Origin: Syncephalis fuscata S228
Lineage: Eukaryota > Fungi > Zoopagomycota
Length of the DNA stretch: 64,000 bases
Assembly (NCBI GenBank): GCA_025786725.1
Contig: JAHLTZ010000001.1
Span: 558,001 to 622,000, forward strand
Direction: 5' to 3'
The position numbers and the translations under genes are program-made. A model generated the notes under the pieces. That model ran no database searches and was not told where the DNA came from. It saw only the letters and a program-made list of their open reading frames with translations. Every line of letters begins with the position of its first letter. Positions within the stretch are counted from its first letter, which is position 1. Shown piece by piece: positions 1 to 15,018 of the stretch.

Positions 1-1147
1 TCTTACAGCAGCTTTTTGCCCTTTAACCCGACATCAGACGTTAATGCTATATGGCATACTTTTATTCCTTATGAACATCAGTTGGATGCCACATCCACTA
101 CAAGCCCACGCACAATAATGACTACGTCAGACTGCAATCATTTGACTTTCAGCCCGATGAGCACATTTTTACTGCGTCATTAACGGTCGTCATAGCATAG
201 TTGCTAATACAGCAGCTGTATCTTATTCATAGACTTTACCTGTATTATATTTCAAATTTATACTTTACTTTTTCCTTGTTTTAAGCACATTTTTGCTTAA
301 AATTAAACATAAACTATTCATTTTATTAATCGATTGCAAATAAAACATTGTTCAATTATACTAAATAGTTACTTAATTATAAATTTGATTTTAATAATAT
401 TATAATATCATCAGTATGATGATGTGACATTGACCAACCAACCAAGTGCGAGGAGAAAATATAAAAAGTTTAAGCAATAGTGTTAAGTGGTTGTAATACC
501 ATTGAAGCTCTAATAAGAGTTACATAACATAAAATATGTGGAAAAGAAAATTTTGTACACCAAATGCGACAAAGCTTAAATTAAAACTCCGCTTATTTAT
601 GTATTTTAGTAAATTGTAACAGTATTTTTATGCTGATTGCAAAAACACGCATATTGTCTAGTTTATTAATTATGCTATATCTTTAAATAAGTATATTGTT
701 ATGTTTTCAATTATTATACTGTGTCTTTTAATTTAGTTATTTATGTTGCTGTAATCTTTAAATTGATAATTTATTAATGAACTCAATAGTTGAATAAATA
801 TATGTTTAATAGAATATCATTTAATGCACTCTTGTCTAAAATTATAATATAATTTTGAAAAACAAGGTGGTTTGGTTGAAAAGTTCTAGCAAAGTCTAGA
901 ATATGGTGGAAAAATCCGATTTGCTTATTAATTATTGTCACTTCCTAATTAGGAAATGCTTAGTAAAGTGATTGTGGAGTAAAGCAGCAATATTCCATTA
1001 ACTTCTAAAATGCTGTAGCAATATGAATCGCAATATATTCAATTGATGTATAAATAGCTGTAATGTGTAGGCGATAATATTCAATTCAGCATCTCAATTC
1101 AATAAGCAACATTTATTCCCAATTTCAGCTACTCTTTCTTTGATAAC

Positions 1148-2577
1148 ATGAAAATGTCCACTGCTATTACCGTCAAGATTTTGCAAGGGCCAATTGCCCG
1201 TCGCTTCACCGTCCCAGGCACTGTGACTTGGAATGAACTTGCCACCAATGTCAAGTCACTGTTTCCCAAGATTGCTGTCGTTGAGGATATTCAGCTTTCT
1301 TACGTGGACGACGATGGCGACCAAGTTATATTCAATACGGACATTGAATTAAACGAGGCCCTTCAACAAGCTGTGACAACTGGCAATAAAAAAGCTGTCA
1401 GATTCTGGCTAGTTGAAAACAATAACAGCCTAGATCACTCCAGTGCTGCTTCTGTAGCCTCATTTGAGCCATTGCTACTATCGAGTGCTGAAGACGACAG
1501 AGTACCCGCATTGGTGCCAAGTTCAGAACAAGCAAATGAAGCATCTGCCACTGTCGACCCTACCGCTGATGCAGTCTGGGTTTTAGCAGAGCCAGCTGAT
1601 GAAGCTGCCAGGAAAGACTCAGTTGGCATTGCTACCGATAGCAAAGGCAAACAACCAAGCGAAAATGTGGACGAAGAAGAGAATGCTGTTGATTACAACC
1701 CATTCACTAGTGTAGAAAGCAACGTTGACATCAATATTGCACCAACTATTGATGTAGAGCAATCAATTGACGATATCAATGAAGCATTAGCCAACAGCCT
1801 CAATACTGCCGATATCAACAATCAAGAAGATGATGCTACGACCAAATCGTCTAGCAATGAAAACACAACTGAAGCCGACAAAGAAGAAGAGAAGGAAGAA
1901 GAAGAAGAAGAAGAAACACTAATAGAGGCATTGCTAAGTGATGTTCTAAGCGCAGTCTTTAATCTTAAGCTAGGCAGCAGCGAAGAAGAAGAAAAGCTCC
2001 AACAAAAGCGTGAACAGGAACGTCAAGAATTCTTAAGACAGCAGCAGCAGCAGTATAATCAATGGAAAGCGTGGCAAGAACAACAGCGTCGATGGCAGCA
2101 ACCAAATCAACACTTACAAGCAGCATTTGCCAATTTTTTCGGTCTTCCAGCTCAACCGGTGTATACGCCAAGAAGCTTTCGACCAGCTTGTAATCCATTT
2201 GTAGGTTACATGCAATCGCAGCCACATTCTTTCCCCACAGGCTATCCATATCACAACTACGAACAAGCCTATTCTACTGGATGTAAACGACGCTTTGATG
2301 CCGCATCTGAATGTTCTCGTGCAACAAGATGTGGAAATGCACCTACTACTCAGAAAGCAGCTTATGTAGCTCCAGACACTATTTTGTGTACATTTGGGTA
2401 TCATTTCCTACCAATGCAGAGACATCTACCAGTAAGAAGGCACGCAATGAATCTGCCACTTCAAGCGCATCCACAAGTAAACAAAGTGTGCTAGAAGCAG
2501 TTCCTGCGGCCCAAGCAAATGTCGTTCGCAATGAAGGCACTGCCGAGGAGATTGAAGCTGAAACTCGCTCTGTATAA
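1148..2577 (+). CDS. PB1-domain protein with acidic and Q-rich low-complexity regions
   Basis: N-terminal PB1 signature (TVKI...RRFTV...LSYVDDDGDQVIFNTDIELNEAL, OPCA motif). The ORF stops at 2494, but an overlapping frame (...STSKKARNE...AETRSV, stop 2577) looks like the real C-terminus, implying a frameshift near 2350-2430. Confidence 0.75.
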
Positions 2578-2966
2578 TTGCATTAACATTTGATACTTTA
2601 GTTATTATATAAATAAATAGCTTGCTAATAAACACGTTATATAATATTTGTGTATTCTAATAATTTAATTTTTTCTATTATTTAATACCATGTTATCATT
2701 ATCAATATCAATGCATCTCTAATAACTAATTTAAAAATTGACAAACAAACTTTAAAATACCAATAATCAATATGAATTCATATTTATTAATTAACAAATA
2801 AAATATACAATTATCAATAATACTGATTATAATGTGGTATAACTGTAAATATTGCACACCACAAGTGTGATCCACTAATAGACGCCGCTTTTAATTGGAT
2901 CGTGTTGACCACGAAGAACTTGAACTGCAGATTGTTAACCGTTTATTATTTTATTCAATACACAAA

Positions 2967-4076
2967 ATGTCACTCGCCGATAATTCTAATACAGATAGCG
3001 CCAACACAGCTGAAGCGCTGGCAGCGTCGTAAGTATATATATAAATATATAAATAATGTACAGTATATAAAACATATACTCATTGCTGTTGTTTACAGTA
3101 CAGTAGAAACAAAAGACGCGACATTACTTGAATCATCATCAAACAATAATAGCCTATTGCAATCACAAGTTCAAACTGCAACAGAACCAGGCGAGAATCA
3201 TAAACAGGAGGCCAGTAAAGATGACGAAGATGAGGACGAAGATGAATTACTAGATGGTTTAGAGGATGAAGCACTGTTCTCTGGCTATCGCGAACACCGT
3301 ATGGAAGAGTTGCGCCAACAGTAAGTTGTACACATTATTACACACCATTAATATATACAGTAACCCTTGTATATTATTGTAATAGAATGCAACAGATGCA
3401 AACTATGAAAGAAAATGATCATGGCACATTTAAAGATTTAGAATCAGATAAACAAATACTGGAAGTAACCACCACCACTAAACATTGTATTGTTCACTTT
3501 TATCACACGGATTTTCGCCGTTGTCAAATTATGGATAAACATCTTGAGGTAACTGGCAATATTTAGTACACTCATTCTATTTAACCTATTAATAATTAAT
3601 ACTATAGAAAATGGCCAAAAAGTACTTTCAAACTCGATTTGCTCGTATGGATGTAGAGAAGGCACCTTTCTTGGTAGAGCGTATGAAGATTCAAATGTTA
3701 CCTTGTGTTGTTATGTTTGTCAATGGTATTTCCGTAGATAGGCAAGTAACAATATATATATATATATATACATGACTATATAATTGAATACTAATTTAAA
3801 TAACAATTGAATTTATAGAGTGGTTGGATTTGAAGAACTAGGCAATACTGACCAGTTTACAACACGTTTATTAGAGAAACGATTAGCACGCAGTGGTGAG
3901 TTAGCATTATAGTATATAGTTGATATCAATAGTCTAATGAGCCACTCATCATTCATAGGTGTTATTAAATAATTGACGATGAAGAAACCAGTAAAAAGAC
4001 GACTCGTAAAACTATTTACGGTGGATCAGAAAAGAACGTTCAAGATGATGGATCTGATTGGGACTCGGATGATTAA
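2967..4076 (+). CDS. Phosducin-like / thioredoxin-domain protein (PLP1/TXNDC9 type), multi-exon
   Basis: Spliced exons give YREHRMEELRQQ...HGTFKDL...CIVHFYHTDFRRCQIMDKHLE...APFLVERMKIQMLPCV...VVGFEELGNTDQF; one intron has a GC donor (~3742). Confidence 0.85.
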
Positions 4077-4095
4077 TTGTCAATTAAAGTTTATT

Positions 4096-6082
4096 TTACA
4101 GTAATGGTATATGATATTCACGTAATATACCATCAGTGGTAACTGTGTATATCTTTTGACTATCCTTATTTGTATTACTGTAATCCTCGTTAGACTTGTT
4201 ATGAATTATATTAGCTCGTTGTAGATGAACAATAGCTTCCATATCTGCGCCAACTAACTCGTGAATTATATTAACAGATATTTCAGTGTCTTCCGTTGAT
4301 GGTTCTATCAATTGTATACAATAACATTGGCCATCCACTATAAACATATAGATAAGTATTATTCATTAGATGGTCTATTACTATTACTTACCCGTAGTAA
4401 TCCACCAACGATACATATCTAATGCTTGATGGCTATCTTCCTTTGCCATTTGTACACTAATATTGCTAATGGCTGCTTGATTTCTTCTAAATACCAATTT
4501 ACATCTAATAAAGTAATTGCATTAAATGATATGCAGCAATACATTACTATTTACGTAAATACTTACTGTTGAGTTGGTACATGAAATAAGGCGAGCCATC
4601 CTTCACTGTTGCCGCCCATTAGCCATTCTCCTGACATGGTACCAGTAGTCATTGGTGTTTCTTTATGTTCAGGTATGGTCAATTCAAATATCTATACATC
4701 TATATTAGAGTTGTCTATTCATCTATTGACTACTTATATCCAGTATGTATGTATATATACCTTGGTACGTGTAGCGAGTTGAATACCACAAAGTAGACCT
4801 GAATCCACAGCACATACTACAATCTTGTTATGTGTCTCCACTTCTCCACTATCTATAGGGGAATGAGATGTGTCAGAAGTGTTATTTGATGAAATGTCAT
4901 AGGCCACTGTAATATGATTAACAGGATCTGGATACTGAACAAGGGTGGCTATTTCACGTGCTTCACCTATCAGATTAATGTTAATAAAAAGTATAACTAA
5001 TTAACAACAATACACACCACAATGCCATAGGCGAACACTGCCATCTCTGGAGGCCGCTATTATTAATAAGGATTAGTTATGAATAGGATATGATTATTCG
5101 ACTTACAAAGTACATTCTTTCCTTTGGCTATGATGGCCGTACTCGTGATACCTAGTACATTATAATTATTTATATTTATATAGTATATAGTATATTCTAT
5201 AGGTAATTACCACCCTTATGCCCAGTCAAGGTAACTGGATTGGACCCATCCAATGCCGACCATATACGCAATTGGAAATCACTTGCACCACTTAATACAA
5301 CTAATTAAATGAAATAAATACATGTTATATCAATAGCAGTAGAATGTTACCTTGTCCTGATGGAAAGAACTGCAATGTGTTGACAGTTGCTTTATGACCT
5401 TCAAGGGTAGCCTATACATAATAGATTAGTTATAATTACTATTAATTACTGTTGACTTGCTCGCTGTTTCCCAAATGGATTCATATAGCCTACTTGTAAT
5501 TGAGGGAGACTGGATGCCGATGTGTCTCCACCTACCACAAATAGTGATGCACCTGGTGATATGTCAATGGCTGATAACTATATATTACAGTGAGTATACT
5601 ATCTAATAGTAAATAATACAAACATTACCTTTTTTAATTGAGTAAATGATGGTTGTAGTAGATTATGTGTATTTGATGGGCCATAACAAACTATTTTAGG
5701 AATATCCAGTGCATTACAAGTGATTTCAATCATCAACTATTAATAAATATTAGATATCAGATATTAGATATTAATAAATTAATTGGTTTATTACCTTCGA
5801 TGGGTGTAATTGAATAGCTATTTCTTTCTGTCCTTTTACTTGCAGTGACAATTCTTTATCAGTTGATTGCGCTTCTAGTTTTACTGTTTCATGAATTGAG
5901 TTGCCTTTATCTAGTATAGCGTGTAAATGGTTGAACAGTTTGATATCTTTATACATACCTTTATTATAACATGATATCCATAGTGATTCACTGACTGCTT
6001 TGCCATGCGTCAATTCTGATAATATATCACTGATATCATGCTGTACAGACACCCATCCTAGATTTCTAAATGCTGTATGCAT
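4096..6082 (-). CDS. WD40 proteasomal ATPase-associated factor (PAAF1/Rpn14-like), multi-exon
   Basis: N-terminal SVQHD...LWISCY; WD repeats LEGHKATVNTLQFFPSGQV..SGASDFQLRIWS and LTGHKGGITSTAII...SRDGSVRLW. Confidence 0.75.
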
Positions 6083-6350
6083 TTTTTAACAATAATAGTA
6101 GAAATAAACACTATGTAGACTATAGTAATTCTGACAAAAGAGAAAAAGAAAAAGTATACGTATTTGTATACGTCACTCACTCACTTGGCGTTTCACTCAA
6201 ATCGTGTTTGATTTAAATTGCAAATCATTCCATTTCCCGCTTTTAAACAACACAATAACCAACTCAACACTACTGACTAGCTGTTAGCCTATATTCTATA
6301 TATATATATATACGTATAAATATATACTCTACGCTTTGCCTTTTACACCA

Positions 6351-7475
6351 ATGTCAAAGGCTATATACTTCCTGGGCGGTGTAACAGCCGGATCACTTGG
6401 CATGTATGCCATGTACCGATGGCAACAGCCAGCCATACTGAATCAAGCTAGTATGTTTACTAGTGCTCCACCTGTGCCTACACCACCGCCTACAACACCG
6501 TTGCCTTCAGGCGATATTGCCGAGGCATTTAAGGAATATGGATTTCCAGGTAGATAATTAGTATTAGTGGCAAGATTGATAGACTAATATTTTAATAGGA
6601 CCAGTTTCAGATTTACACTATCGGCTAGCATATGTCAGTTCGTTTAATCGACAACACCGCAATCCCAATTGGGTTAGTTACTAAGGCGGAATACTAGAGG
6701 GGAGAATACTAAACTATAGGCTTTATTTATAGGTGGCCGAACATTTAACGAAGGAAAAGCTAGTTAATAATAATGGCACAGATCGTAAACACTCAACATT
6801 CCATGAGGATACAACCGTGCCAACAGGATTCCGTGCCCGATTAGCTGATTATTTCCGTAGTGGATTTGATCGTGGTCATATGGCACCTGCTGCTGATGCA
6901 AAATTCTCTCAAGCAGCTATGGACGAGACATTTATTCTAACTAATATTAGCCCACAAGTCGGTCAAGGATTCAATCGTGATTGTAGGTTAAAAGAGAGAC
7001 CAGCATAGACTATTGACTCAACCATTTCTATATGATAACTGTGATAGATTGGGCCTATTTTGAAAGCTTTTGCCGCGATCTTACCAAATCATTTACCGAT
7101 GTTTACGTGGTGTCGGGCCCACTTTATTTACCACGACAAGAAGCCGATGGCAAATGGTATATTCAGTATCAAGTAATTGGCAATCCACCGAATGTTGCTG
7201 TACCCACGCATTTCTACAAAGTGATACTTGCTCGTAAACAGCCTGGCGATAAACAATTGGCACTAGGAGCATTTGTATTGCCTAATGCACCTATTCCCGA
7301 TAATGCTCCACTTGAACGATTCGAAGTACCCATTGAAGTGGTGGAACGGGCAGCAGGTCTAGAATTCTTCCAACAAATGGACCGGTCTAAAGTAAAGCGA
7401 CTATGCACAGAAACTAAATGTCAAGTAACTATTCGCAAATTCGACGAGGCAACGAAACAAGGTGGTAGGAAATAG
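6351..7475 (+). CDS. NUC1: Mitochondrial endonuclease G
   Basis: DRGHMAPAAD active-site motif, FILTNISPQVGQGFNR, GPLYLP and VAVPTHFYKV across 4 exons. Confidence 0.93.
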
Positions 7476-7780
7476 TAACATTTATAGTATTGCTACTATC
7501 TAAATCATATTTATATAAATGATTAAAGTACTATTTTATTCTTCTTATAATAATATATAATGATGGTGTTGTTTGATTGTATAAATTAGTGTGTTGTTAT
7601 GCAACATTTATTAATTCTAAACTAGTAAATTGTATAATTACTACTATTACTATTCCTTATTAAATATTTGATATAAAACGTTATAACGATATTACACATA
7701 TTATTATTTGCTCTATTAATTAATTAATATAATATAAAATAGCTATCTTTATGACTTTACAGCTGTACATGTTGATTGAT

Positions 7781-8313
7781 TTATTCTAAACCAAGTGTTT
7801 GAAGAAATGCAATAGAACAGCGTAATACTTGGTTAAAATTATGCTCAAAGCCATCTTCACCGCCATAGTATGGATCTTCAATAATGCGTTCTCCTTTAGG
7901 ATCAAAGTCACCAAATAGTTTGACCACCGCGTGTGCGCCCTGAGGCTTTATCTTCATTAGATTGCTTAGATTGGACTCATCCATACAGAATATATAGTCA
8001 AATTGAATAAAGTCGTCCTTTACTACCTGGCGGGCGGCATGTTTAACGGGTACATTATGACGGCGGCAACAACCAACTGACCGAGGATCCGGCGACTCTC
8101 CTATATGCCAGCCAGAAGTACCGGCGCTATCAATGGTAAACTGATCAGCAAGCCCTCGTTCACTGACTGCATGGGCAAACACCGCTTCAGCCATTGGGCT
8201 TCGACAAATGTTGCCTATTGATTCGATAGCATGTTTATTGCTATTATTACTTCTATATTCATGATAAAATACCACTACTACTTACCAAGACAGACAAATA
8301 GGACAGAAGGCAT
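7781..8313 (-). CDS. LTP1: Low-molecular-weight protein tyrosine phosphatase
   Basis: Spliced P-loop VLFVCLG/NICRSP, IDSAGT and IEDPYYG. Confidence 0.93.
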
Positions 8314-8562
8314 ATTGTATGAATCGACCAAATAAAACAGAATTCACTAGCATGTATCTATAGCATCGAGCAGTCTATAAAAATGATTTCCTAAATCTTA
8401 ATTGAAAATGAAATAGACTTGAGCGCGTTGATTTCAGCCAATCGCCGACAGACACCTCACCTATCGTGCTAGTGTGCCTCAGCGTTCTTCTTTCGCCACT
8501 CGGTGGATACGCATCTCTTTTATATCTCTTGTTCAAATCTTCTGTCCAGATTCTATATCATC

Positions 8563-9275
8563 ATGCGTTTGTCTACTACATTCAGCGGTATTGCACTGTC
8601 ACTTCTGGCACTAGGCGTGGCAACTACAGCGAACGATGAAGAGTCGCAGGTATTGCGAACCCATTCGCTCTATGTTCCATTTGTAGGCAAGTATCTATTA
8701 TCGATGTGACCACATAGAACTGGATCTAACCACAGTTTAGACGAAGAACTTCGCATCCGCTACTGGGGTAAGCATAGGCCCGCTAACGGTTAATAGGATT
8801 CTCGTATGTCTAGTGACTAATACGCGTAATGATCTATGCTTGCTATAGATTATGGTGGTGACGCCATTATTGACGCTAATAATCATATTCGTCTTACACC
8901 GGACCTGCCCAGTCGTCGTGGCTGGCTTTGGAGTAAATTGGTAGGTTATTTATTTATGTACATTGAGTAGTTTATTGATGCAGTATGTATATAGCCATTG
9001 CCAGAAGAAGCATGGCAGGTTGAATTTGAGTTTAAGGTACACGGTACCGGCCACATTTTTGGTGATGGTTTTGCTATGTGGGCCACTAAAGATCGTACTC
9101 AAGAAGGTAGTTATTAATGATTAGCTATAAGCTGAAGTGTAGTTAACACGTGTAAATAGGACCGGTCTTTGGCAGTAGAGACTTTTTCAAGGGATTAGGA
9201 TTGTTTTTTGACACTTATATGAATCATAATAGCGAGGTAAGTAAATAGCTTATTATAATTAAGCAGTTTAATAAC

Positions 9276-9308
<33 letters not shown>

Positions 9309-9966
9309 GCATTATTATCCATTTGTCATGGCCATGATTGGTGATGGTAAAACTCCTTACGATGATGCAAACGACGGCAAGGCCAATCACATTGCTAGCT
9401 GTGAAGTAAGTGATCTACATACTTGTTAATTTATAATAGTAATGTTTAAGTAAACTGCTACATCTAGTCTGATTTCCGTAATATTGATCGTTCTACTCGT
9501 GCTCGTGTCACTTATTATAAAGGTTCTCAGCTCAAGGTTGAGCTACTAGTTAAAAATGACCACGATTATGATGTCTGCTTCACTATTGACCAAAAGGTCA
9601 CACTACCTACACCTGCCTATCTTGGATTTTCCAGTCATACTGGTGATGTGTCAGGTAATTAACACGAGTGTAATTATAGGGAGCAATTATTTATGATTAT
9701 ATATTAGATAATCACGATATTACATGGATTTCGGCCACTGAAATCGCTAATGTAAGTAGACAAATCATTGACTGTATAGTATTAGCTAATTGAATACAAA
9801 TAACTAGAAACCACCCATGATTATGACCAACAATCCATACATCAACCAAACACCATCCGGTTCGGCATTGGGCTTTTTCTTCAAACTCGTTTTATTCAGC
9901 GTTATCTGCGGTGTCGGTGTCATTGGTTACCGTATGTACCAGAAACAAGGCAACAAGCGGTTCTAA
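8563..9966 (+). CDS. L-type lectin cargo receptor (VIP36/LMAN2-like), multi-exon
   Basis: Signal peptide, IRLTPDLPSRRGWLWS, FGDGFAMW, GLGLFFDTY, TGDVSDNHDI, C-terminal TM and KRF* tail. Confidence 0.9.
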
Positions 9967-10156
9967 AAGCACCCTACGTCTCTAATGCGTTCCCGGAGAT
10001 GTCCATGTCCCACATCCGGGCATCGCTTGACTGAATAAGGCTTAATGGCCTGTTATTAGTACAAACACATCAATAGCAACATAGTAAAAATACGCTTTTT
10101 ATTAAGTGAATAACTAAAACGTGATTACATCCAATGATTATTTATTGCATAACTTG

Positions 10157-12169
10157 TTAAAGATGGAGAGCACGACGAAACATGCTAATTTCTTGTTGAA
10201 GCTCTTTTGTAATACCACTTCCTAATATATGATAAATAGTTAGCAAGGTATATACATATATAACTCATGTTAATAATTCATTTACCAGCTAGTGAAGGAA
10301 GACTGTAACTTGTCGTGTTGCTTGATTTGACAAAATATAGCTGATTAAGATATGGTTTAAGCAACGATGGGATTGACTGATTATTGTTTGTAAATATAGG
10401 ATAGCCTGCTGGTGTGCTTTTTTGCTGTCGTGAATGTTGTGGCTGTTGTTTACTCGCTACATGACAGTTTATAGCCGTGTAATGATTTAATAGTTTAAAA
10501 TATTATATATGAATTCGTATTATTAGCATTACTTAATTCAATTAATTTGATTGATTAATAGCTACCCAATGTATGATAAAGTCGAATAAATATGATGCCG
10601 GTGGTTAATGCATCGTATCCAGCCTCATGATGTTGAAACTTGTTATTATAACGTGTAAAATGTCGATTACACTCTAATAAGCAATGTAAATATAACAAAT
10701 TAAATATTAATTTAGACGCTTACTGATATTAATACTTTTTACCACTTCAGGCCAAGGAGAAAGTTCAAGCATATCTTCTAAACGTGTATCAGGAAACAAG
10801 GACTGTAATTTAAATAAAATAGTTAGATACAAGTTTGTTAGTTAAACTACTACCTACGGCAATATCGGGGTTGATTATAGACATGTATTTGGTATCAAAC
10901 ATTCTATTGCGTGTCATTAATAATGTAGACTAGCTTATAGCAATATATCTACTTACTGCGGAAATAAAGAAAGAATACCGGCAGCAAATGTATTGACCAG
11001 TTCGGGTAATGATTTGTACATATGATGATAGACTTGACAGACGTCCATAATCATATGATGGCCTACAATTGGTTTACGTGATCGTGCTATCATATCAATT
11101 ATAAGACGGAATCCTATAGCATGTGAAGCATCTGCCTAATATATATATATATATGTCGTTGTTAATTAACTAATCCACGTACTATTAGTTAATGTTACCT
11201 CCGTTTTGGCTCTACGTTGAGCATTACGTTTCTCTATTACTTTTGCGTCTTTTAGCGCTATCCGTACGAATCCACGCTGTCCTTCGGCATCTAATTTTGG
11301 ATAACTACTGGGTATAAGCATACAGTGCAGGCATTATATTTATATACCATTGTAGACTACATACCAATTACGTACCAACTGGTAGACAATACGGCTTTGA
11401 TAGCCATTGGCGCAATTAATATACACACTTGAGTCCTTCGTAGTTATCCAGTGATCTATTTGCGCTCTAAACGGAAAAGTATTATGGATTGCCAGGCTTA
11501 GTGCAAACTAAACAACGAACCGTGTTTGTTGTTCAAATTGTAGTCCCCGGTCATCCAGCTCCATGTTAGGCATATCGTTGGCCACTTCACTTTCTCGGCG
11601 TGCCCTAAATGTATGCTCCTCTTGCCAATTCATAAAATGAACGCCTAGTATAGATCGGTGATGATAGTATGTTACAGCAGTAATCGTTAGATGAATAGAT
11701 GACTCATTCTGGCTATAGTGTAATTACCATGACCCAGCCATTTTGTAAAGTCAAAGCCGTTACGGGCAAGAAAGTCAATGGCCGATGCTTGACATTGAAA
11801 GTAACGATCAGGCGCGCCGCGTGCTCCAGAACCGGCTGGCATCAAATAACAATTAAACGGTTTTGCTTCATATTCGTTACGAGACTCATTCCAACGGAAT
11901 GTACACAGACCAAATTGGCATAGAATAAAGTCAACCGATTGCTGTCGCACTTTAATATAGCGCTCCTGTACAGTGTCCGCTATATCACGCGGTGTTGAAA
12001 TAGACTGAGGATCTAAGCCTGGGTCTTAACTTAGTAGTGGACAGAATAACAATATAGTGGCTATTGTCTTACCAGTAAATTCAACATCAATAGCCATAAA
12101 TTCACATTCCTCAATAGCTTGTTGCATTTCAGGCAATAACTCGCTGAATGAACTACGAAGTACCTCCAT
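10157..12169 (-). CDS. Poly(A)-specific ribonuclease PARN-like (CAF1/DEDD family), multi-exon
   Basis: FMAIDVEFTG, QFGLCTF, CQASAIDFLARNGFDF, R3H-like segment, PIVGHHM, DTKY and HEAGYDA motifs. The 3' end is approximate. Confidence 0.85.
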
Positions 12170-12302
12170 GATGACGGAGACTTTGAAAAACTCCACTAAA
12201 AGAAAACAGAGAAGAAAGTGACGTAACAGCACTATAAATTGAGCAATTATAAAATCATTTCATTTTAATTGATGTCTTTCACTTATCCACCTTTTCACAT
12301 AT

Positions 12303-12419
12303 TCATCCATCCATCCATCCATCCATCCATCCATTCATTATTATAGATTATTATACAAGACTTTACTGGTTATTATTTACAGTAAGTATATGTACATATA
12401 TTCATCCATCCATCCATCC
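12303..12419. repeat. (ATCC)n microsatellite tracts
   Basis: tcatccatccatcc... at ~12303-12335 and a shorter tract at ~12402-12419. Confidence 0.85.
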
Positions 12420-13898
12420 GTTATGCGATTGCTATGGGACAATGATTAGATTCGTTTCATGCACCACTCTCAGACCAATTGGTCAGTGATGATTATGAAC
12501 ACCTTTGTATTAGCTCTATATGAGTTTCCATAGTTATCGCTTAATGGATGGAATGGTACTACGTTAGTAGACAATAACTAACGCTTTTATTGTAATTAGA
12601 TGTAGGCTAGATTTAATGATTGTTTATTTGATACTTGGACAAGCCAATGATTTCTATATTATGGAACAAACAATATAAATATAATAAAATTAGATGATTG
12701 TAAAAATATTTGGGTATATTTTAGTATTAATGCTTACATATAATGTCAAAGACAGGCAATTGTTTGTTGAATTTGTATTGTTAAATATTTATGCTAGTAA
12801 TACAGTTATATGCATGAAATCGATATCGGATTTACTGTATTATAGTCCACTTGGTTTATTATGATTCATTATGGATAAGCTATATCAAAATACAAATTCA
12901 TTATCTATTCATAGAATCTATAGACGCGATAAAAATCGATACATAATATTTAATTTTCTACATCACTAATCGATGAAATACAAAGATGCTGTGTATTGCT
13001 ACTATCAGATAATAAAACTTAATAAAATGATTGGCTACGAACCAAATAACATAAATGCGAGTATACTGAAGTCAAAGCATTATTAATAAATCAAATTAGC
13101 ATGCAATAATATAGAAAACTGGTTATGAATGGAGTAAACGGAATACAAAATCGAGATAGTTGAATGTAATTAACGAATTCAGCTTGTAAGCATGCTGTTC
13201 TGCAGACAAAGGCACAATCAAATATATAGCAAGCTGTAGAGTACTTGATACATTTGTTTATCAAGTTCTTGGTAGCATACAAATATCAGTTGGAACATTA
13301 AAACAATTGATAATATATTTACAAAAACATGTATATATTTAAACAAATACAGTTGAAATAGTACTAATAAATCAATAATTACCCATCAATAGATATAGAT
13401 ACATTTATTGATGTTTGAATGCATCAATCTCTACATGAACATAAATGATTTATTTTTAATTTGCATCCATGGTTTAGATATGCATGTTAAAGTATGCTTT
13501 GCATAAGTATGAAGCAGGCCAGCAGAATGTAATGAAATAAGAATAAGGGTAAACCTGTATTTTATGCAGTAACTAAAATAAATCATTGAGTCTAGATTCT
13601 ACACAACTGTCACTAACGCACTGATTTTAAGTTGAGGTCTTAACAGTAAGCAATCATAGTACTGCTTCAGTATTGACCTGACTGTTGTATGCAATTTACA
13701 TTGGTAAAACATACTGTTAGCAGAGTTACTAACATTATATCCTATGCTACACCAGTGCGACAATAGATTTAAATAGTGCCTACTTGGAACACAGTTTATG
13801 TTTTGATACTTTAATCTCAACATACACTCAGCAGCCTATCTTCTACTACGCATCTAACTTATCCCAATACTCGTCTACAGCACTACACCAACATTACC

Positions 13899-14234
13899 AT
13901 GAAGGCATCAACTATTGCTATTTGCGCCCTTGCCGCCATCTTCATCGTCGGCACCACTATGGTCGATGCAAAGCCAATGCCAACTCCAGGAAATCCGGCC
14001 GATGACAAAGCAAAGGCTCAGTATCGAAAGGATATTCAAAAGTCATTAGACGACATACATGCCCGTCAAAATGACATAACTAAGAAGCTTAAATACTATG
14101 AAAGCCAAGTCAAGACCCCTACGACTAGTACCGAAATTTCCAAACTTAAAATGAGCTTACCCAGTTGTCAGCGAGCGAAAAGAACCTTCAACACGATCTC
14201 GACACCCATCAATAAGCATACAGCAAAACTCTAG
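13899..14234 (+). CDS. Small secreted coiled-coil protein
   Basis: Signal peptide MKASTIAICALAAIFIVGTTMVDA followed by KPMPTP and a helical charged region. Compensating indels are possible at ~14150 and ~14205. Confidence 0.7.
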   Translation: MKASTIAICALAAIFIVGTTMVDAKPMPTPGNPADDKAKAQYRKDIQKSLDDIHARQNDITKKLKYYESQVKTPTTSTEISKLKMSLPSCQRAKRTFNTISTPINKHTAKL

Positions 14235-15018
14235 AAATGCAGGCTTAAGACGCAATTAGTTCTGGCATCAAATCTAAACATTAAGCTTTGTTAATTTCTG
14301 TAACTCAATATCTATTTTCATGGCTCATTTAAATTACACAACCATACAATCATTACATAATGCAGGACATTTCATTTGGTTCAAACTATTATTTAGTCAA
14401 TACCAGCAAATAAACATCTTGAGCTATTATATTGTTATTGTTTGTCTTATTGTCTTATCCTTTTTAATTTTCTAGCTATTTAAAGCTATAGGTATTGTTT
14501 AAAACTAACAATATTGGTACATAAAATAGGCAATAATGAATTGTGTTCATACAATTATATTATCTAATGACCATATTAATACTTATGATTAGTAAATCTA
14601 TTAGCACTATTGATTTTATTAAATAGTAGAATTTAAATTATTTATAAATTAATGATGCTTTTTAGTTAATTAAATAAAAATAAAATATACCATTTAATCG
14701 ATAGCTAATCGATTACTATTTTAAAATGTGAATTTTGGATAAATTATGTATAAACACTGTTTTAATTATCAACATCTAATTTAGATGATATAATTATGCT
14801 TATTCAATATTGCTATTAAAGCTTAACTCTATATTTCAATGTATAATACAGTTCATTTTACTTTATATTATATGTAGATCTAAATTTGTAAATCTACAGA
14901 TATCTTAATGCAATTTCTAACATCTCAATGTATTCAATATTGCTATATAAATAACAAAATTTAAAGTAACTATTTAAATTTTATAGCTCATTTATTCCAA
15001 TGTGCCATAACTAATGCA

